Of a DNA stretch of 64,000 nt, positions 12,939 to 22,784 are shown in pieces. Made by a program: the position numbers and the translations under genes. How positions within the stretch are numbered: position 1 is the first letter of the stretch; every line of letters starts with the position of its first letter. A model generated the notes under the pieces. That model ran no database searches. It saw only the letters and a program-made list of their open reading frames with translations, and was not told the origin of the DNA. Origin of the DNA: Octopus vulgaris (Eukaryota). The stretch is taken from positions 208,630,001-208,694,000 of the forward strand of contig OX597815.1 in assembly GCA_951406725.2 (NCBI GenBank), read 5' to 3'.

Positions 12939-13540
12939 TAAGGCAGAGAGCTGGCAGAAGTGTTAGTATGCCGGGCGAAATGCTTAGCGGTATTGCGTCT
13001 ATCGTTGCGTTCTGAGTTCAAATTCCGCTGAGGTCGACTTTGCCTTTCATCCTTTCGGGGTCGATAAATTAAGTACCAGTTACGCACTGGGGTCGATGTA
13101 ATTGACTTAATCCGTTTGCCTGTCCTTGTTTGTCCCCTCTGTGTTTAGCCCCTTGTGGGTAGTAAAGAAATAGGTATTACGTCTGCCGCTACGTTCTGAG
13201 TTCAAATTCCGCCGAGGTCGACTTTGCCTTTCATCCTTTCGGGGTCGATTAAATAAGTACCAGTTACACACTGAGCTCAATGTAATCGACTTAATCCGTT
13301 TGCCTGTCCTTGTTTGTCCCCTCTGTGTTTAGCCCCTTGTGGGTAGTAAAGAAATAGGTATTACGTCTGCCGCTACGTTCTGAGTTCAAATTCCGCTGAG
13401 GTCGACTTTGCCTATCATCCTTTCGGGGTTGATTAAATAAGTGCCAGTTATAAGTGGGGTCATTGTAATCGACTTAACCCCTTTGACTATACTTGTTTGT
13501 CCCCTGTATGTTTAGCCCCTTGTGGGTAGTAAAGAAATAA
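12939..13540 (+). mobile_element. SINE family B trimer (one head, three ~185-bp bodies) with 14-bp TSD
   Basis: Bodies start at about 12989, 13174 and 13357. TSD GAAAGCATC(C/T)TAGT at 12925-12938 and 13541-13554. Confidence 0.92.
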
Positions 13541-13798
13541 GAAAGCATCTTAGTGTATCATCAGAAGTTGTTGGAAGTGTCTGATGCAATGAATAAATAT
13601 TGGAAATATATTTTATATACTTTTATAGAATTTCATAGGTTCAGGTGTGGCTGTGTGGTTAAGAAGCTTCTTCCTGACCATGTGGTCTTGAGTTCAATCC
13701 CACTGTGTGGCACCTGAAAAAAAAAATTGTATATTTTTGTTTCAAAGTAAGTTAGGAATTTTCACATCTAAAGGAGATTGCTTGCTATCATTGCTATC

Positions 13799-13929
13799 TT
13801 TTCTTTTCCCCCGATCCCTTTTGATCGGAATTTGCCCCCCCTTCCTTACTCTCTCTCTTCCCGAAAAGAAAAGCTCTACTTTGTATTTTGCCCCTTCTGT
13901 GTTTAGCCCTGTGTGGCCAATGAAGAAAT
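13799..13929 (+). mobile_element. 131-bp retroposed 3' end (probable truncated LINE) with 14-bp TSD
   Basis: Flanked by CTATCATTGCTATC at 13785-13798 and 13930-13943. Last ~50 nt resemble the SINE B tail. Confidence 0.75.
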
Positions 13930-13943
13930 CTATCATTGCTATC

Positions 13944-15065
13944 CGGTGGCAGCCCCCCCCCCCACTCTATATCTACTCAAGTTTTCACCACTCACTTCTC
14001 ATCCCTCTGCACTCTCTAATCCTGCTCCTTTCACAATATCCTGCCACTTATATTACGGCCTTCAAACCTCAAGCGTATGTGCTGGCACTTGCCACCATCT
14101 ATATCTCTTTTTCTTCCTTTACTCAACCATTCCATTTATATTCTGATCCCCATCCGTATGTGCTGGCACTTGCCACCATCACTATCCTGCTGTCTCTCAC
14201 TCTCTCTCTCTCCTTCTCCTACATTTCCTTCAGGTTGGGTAACCATGTATCTCCTTACAGTAGCGCACCTGTTTCTGCCTTCATTCTCTCTCTTTCTCTG
14301 TGGTTGGGTAACCTTGTATCTCTACAGCAAGACACCTGTTTCTTATTTCTTATTTCTTTACTACCCACAAGGGGCTAAACACAGAGGGGACAAACAAGAA
14401 CAGACAAAGGGATTAAGTCGATTACATCGACCCCAGTGCATGACTGGTACTTAATTTATCAACCCCGAAAGGATGAGAGGCAAAGTCGACCTTGGTGGAA
14501 TTTGAACTCAGAATATAAAGACAGACAAAATACCGCTAAACATTTCGCCCGGCTTGCTAACGTTTCTGCCAGCTCACTGCCTTTGGAACTGGAATTGGCT
14601 GAGTCGCTCTGTGGTCAGAGGTGTGTCCTGAGAAGGACTGGAACCTAAGACCTGTTTCTCTCTTTCTCTGTCTCACTATGGCCTTTCATCATCCGACACA
14701 AGATCACCTCCTCCAATTCCCCCTCACCTTGCAAATGATTTTTGTCTTGGAAGTTATTTGGTGACCCTGTGAGTGCAGGTGCCACTTAAAAATCATTCAG
14801 TCCACACTGTAAAGTGATTGGTGTTTGGAAAGGCATCCAGCTGTAAAAACCTTGTCAAAACCGACCTCGCCTGTGCTTGTAACCACATAAAAATTACCAA
14901 GTCCAATCTGCTGAGTGGTTGGTGTTAGGAAGGGTATCCAGCTGTAAAACTCCTGCCAAAACAGTTACAGAAGTCTGGTGCAGGCTCCTTCCTGCCTGGC
15001 CAGCTCTTGGCAAACCATCCCACCCATGCCAGCATGAAAGGCAGATATTTAACGATGATGATGAT
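13944..15065 (+). mobile_element. Long, pyrimidine-rich family C-type element with internally duplicated modules
   Basis: Ends in CCCATGCCAGCATG...AACGATGATGATGAT. Three pairs of internal direct repeats. Interrupted by SINE B. 5' boundary uncertain. Confidence 0.55.
14344..14582 (-). mobile_element. SINE family B monomer
   Basis: Full head-to-tail match to 8083-8313. Confidence 0.9.
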
Positions 15066-15453
15066 CATGAAGGGAGAATATTTTAATCTCTTCCTCTATC
15101 ATTTATTTATGTTCTGTATCTTGGCTATTAAAACCAACACACATATTGCAGAATTTTTGTGATTTATTTTCTGGGTTGTCTTTATCAAAACTTCCCATAC
15201 ACACTTGGGTATGTTGTTTCTGAAGGTAGTTACTCACCCTGTTTTTAAATTTCATAATGAAAAAGCTACAAAAAAGGCCATGAAAAATCCGTTTTTCTCG
15301 TGTGTGTGTGTATGTATGTATGTATGTATGTGTATTTGTTGTATGTGTATGCCTAGGTCTGTTATAACTAAATTATATAACCAAAGATGCAGTGGGTATA
15401 TTAAACACAATTCCAGCAGTGCATATTCAGAATAAAAGATTTTAGTACATTAA

Positions 15454-16097
15454 CCCTTTTGATACTAACCCACCTGAAACCACATCTGGCTCTGTAATAC
15501 AAATGTCTTGTTTTCAAAAGTTCTGAATCAAAATCTTCCACCAAACCTTTGTCACAATTTAATGTTCCTAACACAAGCTGAATGATAATTAAGTTATTTT
15601 ACTAAATTCTTTGTTATATTCTAAATTAATTGAAAGAAATACAGAGTAGGCGTAGGAGTGGCTGTGTGGTAAGTAGCTTGCTAACCAACCACATGGTTCC
15701 GGGTTCAGTCCCACTGTGTGGCATCTTGGGCAAGTGTCTTCTGCTATAGCCTCGGGCCGACCAATGCCTTGTGAGTGGATTTGGTAGACGGAAACTGAAA
15801 GAAGCCTGTCGTATATATGTATATATATATATATAAGTGTGTGTGTATATGTTTGTGTGTCTGTGTTTGTCCCCCTAGCATTGCTTGACAACCAATGCTG
15901 GTGTGTTTACGTCCCCGTCACTTAGCGGTTCGGCAAAAGAGACCGATAGAATAAGTACTGGGCTTACAAAGAATAAGTCCTGGGGTCGATTTGCTCGACT
16001 AAAGGCGGTGCTCCAGCATGGCCGCAGTCAAATGACTGAAACAAGTAAAAGAGTAAAAGAGAGAGAGTATCTCAACAGAAATTGAGTAACAAAAGGG
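15454..16097. mobile_element. piggyBac-like MITE family A interrupted by SINE A (15647-16066)
   Basis: TTAA|CCCTTTTG ... CAAAAGGG|TTAA. Body matches 18846-19065 and resumes after the SINE. Confidence 0.85.
15647..16066 (+). mobile_element. SINE family A, full length
   Basis: Consensus match, short AGAGTA duplication at the ends. Confidence 0.92.
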
Positions 16098-16759
16098 TTA
16101 AAACTTACAGGAATCTCAACATAAAGGAATCAGAGCATTTTTTTGAGCATTTTTAAGGAAAAATGTTCATCTTACATACTTTCATATTTGGTAATTGCAT
16201 TTAATTTCTACTAAAGTGTATTTTCATTGTCTTTAGTGTATAGTTTATTTTTGTTATTATTATTATTATGTAATAAATTACAAATCACACATGCATAACC
16301 TTATTTTTCACAAAATATTTTATGCATTAAAAACCAAAAGAAAATAAACATAAAAATAAAGTCTTTCCTGCAATAACATCACTTTCCTTTATAATCTAAC
16401 AACTAGAACATACACCAAAAACATTTGAATAAACCCATTTTTAGATATTTCCTGCTCAATCCTCACTGGTTATGTTCAACTTTAAACATATTCAATAGAA
16501 TATTAAGATTTAATTTGAATATTAGTTTTTTTATAGTTTTCTTGAACTTTTGTTGTGGTAATATTTTAAAATTTTATATTTCTGAAAAAAAAAAAAAAAA
16601 ATTGTTTTCTGTTATTTCGGTTACATGGTTCACGTATTGGTTTCTATTTTGATATGCATAAATACGTTGTTAATTGTTGATAAATGCATGTTCCAACCTC
16701 TGATAGGATGTAAAAGACAGAAGGAAACAGGTTGAGAATGCTGTAAAGTCAACATCTTT

Positions 16760-17119
16760 AGGCGCAGGAGTGGCTGTGTGGTAAGTAGCTTGCTAATCAA
16801 CCACATGGTTCCGGGTTCAGTCCCACTGCGTGGCATCTTGAGCAAGTGTCTTCTGCTATAGCCTCGGGCTGACCAATGCCTTGTGAGTAGATTTGGTAGA
16901 CGGAAACTGAAAGAAGCCTGTCGTATATATGTATATATATATGTGTGTGTATGTGTTTGTGTCTGTGTTTGTCCCCCTAGCATTGCTTGACAACCGATGT
17001 TGGTGTGTTTACGTCCCCGTCACTTAGCGGTTCGGCAAAAGAGACCGATAGAATAAGTACTGGCGGTGCTCCAGCATGGCCGCAGTCAAATGACTGAAAC
17101 AAGTAAAAGAGTAAAAGAG
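16760..17119 (+). mobile_element. SINE family A with ~45-bp internal deletion near 17062
   Basis: AAGTACTGG joins directly to CGGTGCTCCAGC. Confidence 0.9.
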
Positions 17120-17261
17120 TATCTCAAATACCTGCATTTGTAATATATTTGATAGGCAGCATTTAACAAATCCTTTAAACCCTTTTCTTACTATAATTCA
17201 GATGATAAACACTGCCTTTATTTCCATTGATGTTTAAAAATAATGGAAAATATAGTCACAA

Positions 17262-18421
17262 GTGTGGCTGTGTGGTAAGAAGCTTACAAGCGTTGAGCTG
17301 GCAGAAATGTTAGCACGCCGGGCGAAATGCTTAGAGGTATTTTTTGTCTGCTGTTATGTTCTGAGTTCAAATTCTGCTGAGGTCAACTTTGCCTTTCATC
17401 CTTTTGAGGTCGATATATTAAGTACCTTTATTACCCACAAGGGGCTAAACACAGAGGGGACAAACAAGGACAGACATAGGTATTAAGTCGATTACATCGA
17501 CCCCAGTGCGTAACTGGTACTTAATTTATCGACCCCGAAAGGATGAAAGGCAAAGTCGACCTCGGCAGAATTTGAACTCACAACGTAACGCAGACGAAAT
17601 ACTGCTAAGCATTTCACCCGGCGTGCTAACGTTTCTGCCAGCTTGCCGATATATCAAGTACCAGTTATACATTGGGGTTGATGTAATCGACTTAATCTTC
17701 TTGTCTGTTCTTGTTTGTCCCCTCTATGTTTAGCCCCTTGTGGGCAATAAATAAATAAGAAGCTTGCTTCCCAACCACATGTTTTTCAGGTTTCGTCCCA
17801 CTGCATGGCACCTTGGGCGAGTGTCTTCTACTATAGCCTTGGGCTGCCCAAATCCTTGTGAGTGGATTTGGTAGACAGAAACTGAAAGAAGCCTGTCGTA
17901 TATATATATAAATTAGAGAAAAAACACTATTATGTAATTCAAACAATGATAGGCGAAACGTATGTAGTTTATTTACTAATTATATACTGTTTATTTATTG
18001 TTATTATGTACTTTATTGTGATCTAGGTAAATGGTTTATCATATATTTTATTTTTTCTATATGGTGTGATTTACATCTATCATTGTTTGAATGACATAAT
18101 GGTGGTTTTTCTCTAATTTATATATATATTTATATTGTGTAATTTGATTTAATATTAAATTGAATTTTTCCTTGTAAGTTTGGAGTTATACTCCCTAATA
18201 TTATTATTATATATACATATATATGTTTGTGTGTGTGTTTGTCTCCCCCATTACTGCTTGGCAACTGGTGTTGGTGTGATTATTATGTCTCTGTAACTTA
18301 GTGGTTCGGCAAAAGAGCCCAATAGAATAAGTCCTGGGGTCAATTTGTTTGACTGAACCCTTCAAGGCAGTGCTCCAGCATTGCCACGTCATATGACTGA
18401 AACAAGTAAAAGAATAAAAGA
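17262..18421 (+). mobile_element. SINE A hosting nested SINE B(+), SINE B(-) and a (TA)n-targeted inverted repeat element
   Basis: TSD AAGAAGCTT at 17277-17285 and 17757-17765. TSD CGATATAT(T/C)AAGTACC at 17411-17426 and 17647-17662. Insert 17909-18210 lies in the microsatellite. Confidence 0.85.
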
Positions 18422-18845
18422 AAGTGTCATCTCCTTGCAGACAGTGTCCTTTGTTTCAGTCTTCCATCAAAACATGCCTGGTCTTGGAGGAATATTACCT
18501 TCCTTAGAAATAGATGGGGTTTGTCTACAGAATGGCTGTCCGGCTGTGGAAAGTCTGCTTCATCAAATTCTGTCTGACTCATGCAAGCATGGTAAATTGG
18601 GACATTTACCATGATCATCCTTTAGCGTCAGCTTTCCATACTGCCATGGGTTGGATGGTTTGACCAGAGCTGGAAAACTGGAGAGCTGCACCAGGTTCCA
18701 GTCCGATTTGGTTTGGTTTCTATGGCTGGATGCTTTCCTTAATGCCAGCTGCATTACCGAGTGTGCTGGGTAAATTCTTTTGACTGTTATTGGTCAGGGA
18801 ATCCCCAAGTGGCAGAAACTGGTGATTTTTGGAATATTTCTTTAA

Positions 18846-19065
18846 CCCTTTCGATACCAACCCGGCTGAAACCGCCTCTGGCTCTGTAGTACAAATGTTT
18901 TGTTTTCTTAAGTTTTGAATTAAAATTTTCCACCAAACTTTAGTCACGATTTACGCTCTTAACCCTAGCTTAATGATAACTAAATTATTTTACTAAATTC
19001 TTTGTTATAGTTAAAATTAATTGAAAGAAACAGAGCATCTCAAACTAAATACGTTGACGAAAGGG
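18846..19065. mobile_element. piggyBac-like MITE family A (~220 bp)
   Basis: TTAA|CCCTTTCG ... CGAAAGGG|TTAG. CCC/GGG termini and TTAA target are piggyBac hallmarks. Confidence 0.85.
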
Positions 19066-19354
19066 TTAGATGTGTAATTCATGTATATTCACCTGATGAA
19101 AATGGTTTTCTCGCATGATGTAATATCTCTATTCATCAGTAAAAGACTTGTTGGAAACAGTTGTAGTGAATAAACCATTATCCATCTGTTGGTATGTATA
19201 TATATATATATGTATGTATGCATGCTCACACACACATGCAACAGTTAATTTCACTTGCACACACATATACTCTCTCATAGTCATTGAGTTCCTGTTTATT
19301 CCACCACCCATCTATATGTATATGTATATACATTTATGCATATGTATATACATT

Positions 19355-19646
19355 TCGAATCGTGGCTGATGCCAGCGCCGCCTTGAATGGCTTCCGTGCC
19401 GGTGACACCTAAAATGCACCAATCCGACCGTGGCCATTGCCAGCCTCGCCTGGCACCTGTGCAGGTGGCACGTAAAAAGCACCCACTACACTCACGGAGT
19501 GGTTGGCGTTAGGAAGGGCATCCAGCTGTAGAAACACTGCCAGATCAGACTGGGCCTGATGCAGCCTTCTGGCTTCCCAGATCCCCGGTCGAACCGTCCA
19601 ACCCATGCTAACATGGAGAACGGACTTAAACGATGATGATGATGAT
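19355..19646 (+). mobile_element. Family C retroelement with two 5' structured modules
   Basis: Two ~63-nt modules ending GCACC, then GGTTGGCGTTAGGAAGGGCATCCAGCTG and a (GAT)n tail. Confidence 0.85.
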
Positions 19647-20935
19647 TTACATGTGTATACTTTTACCTTCTTATTGCAGCTGTTAGAAATATCAATTGTG
19701 TTTTGTTTGGTTTATACTGAACTCATGTTGGTATATGTCATCATGGTTAAAATAATTTCTATTTGTGTCATTTTCATTTGCTGTTTTTTATTTTATTTTA
19801 TTCTATTTTATTGTATTTACTACTTTTTGCTGAATTTTTTTTTTTTTGCAATTGAGAATTCTGAGAAAAAATGGCCATGGTTACTCCTGCAACGGTTTTT
19901 GATATGTTCTGAACAGAAGCATCATTCTATACAGATAAAGTATGAGTGTGCATGCGTGTGTGTGTGTGCACGTGCGCATGCACACATGCATGTGTGTGGT
20001 GGGGTTGGTGGAGAGAATGGCAAGGTCATATAGGAAAATGAAAGCATATAGTGGATATTTATTCTAAGTAGACAACCTCAAAGAAGATTGTGTGTTTCTG
20101 ATTAACAACATAAATATAGAAATCGCTGTAAATTGTGAATGCATAAATTGAAGAAATCCCCCAAAGGGAGAAAGCAAACTGAAACAAAAAACAAACAAAA
20201 TAAATAAATAAAAAAAATTAAAAGGAAATCTTCATTGTTAGTTGGTTAACGATAATTGCACCCTGTTTTGAGTGTGGAAATAAATTTGAGTGAAGTTTTA
20301 AAAATAGATTTTTGTTTATTAACTTAAGCAATATTGTTATGGCATTAAACTTTATGACTCTCTGCTTGGCCTGCAGCTTCATGTCATCTGTGCGAAGTGT
20401 TTATATTTTTCGAGGTATATAGCATTCTGAAATACCATTAAAACATCAAAGCTGTTTTAAAACTGCATTTGGTACTTTTATGTAAAGCTGCCAGTAAAAT
20501 AATTATAAAAAAAACAACAACCTCTCTTCTTTCCACATTGACTTTATAATTTTGACTCGTTTAAAACATTAATAGTTTCCAGAATTATTTCGTTCAATAT
20601 TCAAACTACCCTCATTACCATATCTGCTATGATATTTGTGTCCACCTCTTTCCCCCTTCACCAAATATTAATGGATAGATAAATTCGCTTGATTTTCGTA
20701 ACACCCACTACGAATTATTCTTTCGAGTTTGTAGTTGACTTGATGCCCCAATAATCTAGGTAGTTTATTCAGCATATATATTCATTGTAACAACTTGTAT
20801 AAATTTTATGTCATTTCTGCTCTTCTTTTACAAGCAACAACAACAACAACAACAACGATAAAAGCCCCAAACAAATTGTTTTATTTATTAAAACCAATTA
20901 AAGTTAACTATCCTCTTAGAAATCATTCATATTAA

Positions 20936-21380
20936 CCCTTTCGTTTCTGTATCTATTTTGAGATGTTCTGTGTTTCTTTCAATTACTTTAACCCTTTAGC
21001 ATTCAAACCGGCCATATCCGGCCAAAATATTTAACCTGTTTTATATTGAAACTGACCAGATCTCGCCTCTCGCCTCAGCCCTACCATGTCATTCTAAAAC
21101 TAAAAAATCACTTCACTGAAATCTCTAAACTACAAGATAATGCATGATTAATTCAAAACAATATAAACAAACAAATATCACGTTTGACAGAATAATCTGA
21201 ACACTAAAGGGTTAAATATAACAAAGAATTTAGTAAAATAACTTAGTTATCATTCAGCTAGTGTTAGGAACATAAATTGTGACTAAGGTTTGGTGGAAGA
21301 TTTTAATTGAAACCTTAAGCAAACAAGACATTTGTACAACAGAGCCAGAGCCGGTTTCAGCCGGGTTGGTCATGAAAGGG
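20936..21380. mobile_element. MITE family A with MITE family B (20992-21211) nested at an internal TTAA
   Basis: Inner element TTAA|CCCTTTAG...CTAAAGGG|TTAA. Removing it restores MITE A in reverse orientation. Confidence 0.9.
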
Positions 21381-21559
21381 TGAATCTCGTTCTTTTTTTT
21401 CTTTCTTGCTTCTCTCTGAATATTTCAAACACTAATTTTATCTATTTCAGTTTCATTTCTCTGTACACATTTGAATTAGGGAAAAAATGCTGTTGCTAAG
21501 AAACCGATTGTTTGTCAATAGCGTATTTTAAATATATGTAAGTCTTCTGATGTCTTATT

Positions 21560-21782
21560 ACTCTCTTGTACTCTTTGACTCTTTTACTTGTTTCAGTCAT
21601 TTGACTGCGGCCATGCTGGAGCACCGCCTTTAGTCGAGCAACTCGACTCCGGGACTTATACTTTTGTAAGCCCAGTACTTATTCTATCGGTCTCTTTTGC
21701 CGAACCGCTAAGTGACGGGGACATAAACACACCGGTATCGGTTGTCAAGCAATGCTAGGGGGACAAACACAGACACACAAAA

Positions 21783-21813
<31 letters not shown>

Positions 21814-21985
21814 CATATATACGACAGGCTTCTTTCAGTTTCCGTCTACCAAATCCGCTCACAAGGCTTTGGTTGGACCGGGGCTATAGTAGAAGACACT
21901 TGCCCAAGATGCCATGCAGTAGGACTGAACCCGGAACCATGTGGTTGGTTAGCAAGCTACTTACCACACAGCCACTCCTGTGCCT
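21560..21985 (-). mobile_element. SINE family A, full length
   Basis: Consensus match. Confidence 0.92.
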
Positions 21986-21995
21986 ATTATTACAT

Positions 21996-22044
21996 CTCAA
22001 TATTCCTTGTTTCTCAATATTCCTTGTTTCTCAATATTCCTTGT
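21996..22044. repeat. 17-bp tandem repeat x3 (TCTCAATATTCCTTGTT)
   Basis: Directly visible. Confidence 0.85.
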
Positions 22045-22784
22045 CAACATAGGTTCAGTTGGTTGAGGCATGAAAATATTCAATTCTGTGCCTGGAATGC
22101 ATTCAACACAGTATAATATTTCTAGAGTGGAAACTAACCTCGTCATTGTCCATTTTTTTACCCCCCCCCCATTCCTGTTCCATCATTGTTAGCAACATTT
22201 CACAACCAAATCACTCACTGTCCAAGGAAAGCTTGTGTTACCATATAATTATCTGTATACTTTTATTTCTTGATATAATATTAGATAAAAAAAAAAAAAA
22301 AAAAAAAAAAGGAGGGAAAAATTCTTTGTGCCATTATTTTCTTCCCTTTTTTCTTCGTATTCTTTTAATCCTTTCTCCCCTTTTTTTCTTTGCTGCTGCC
22401 ACTCGTAATCTTTCTCTACATAAAGCTTCATGTTTATGTCCCTTTGTATCCCTGCTTTCTTTCACTCCCATTACATGTTGCTTTCATCGTGCACTATTTC
22501 ATTGTATATCAACATTTCACAACCAAATCACTCACTGTCCAAGGAAAGCTTGTGTTTTCAAAGATTTATTAGATATAGTAACTGGTTACAGTTGTGTGTA
22601 ACTTGGCATATTAACAAAATATAATGGGAAGAAAAAGTAGTTCTCAATAATTTTTTAGCCTTCACTTCTATGTTATTAAAAGCAACCCCACAATACATAT
22701 TATGCAAAAATTGGTTGCAGCTAATACAAGGGGCTCTTAGGGATTACTGAGATGTTATGCTTTTATGATACCACCTTCACCGTT

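Noticed and set aside
13707-14378. 223-aa hydrophobic ORF
   Set aside because: Pyrimidine-rich repeat sequence spanning a TSD-flanked insertion and ending in a SINE.
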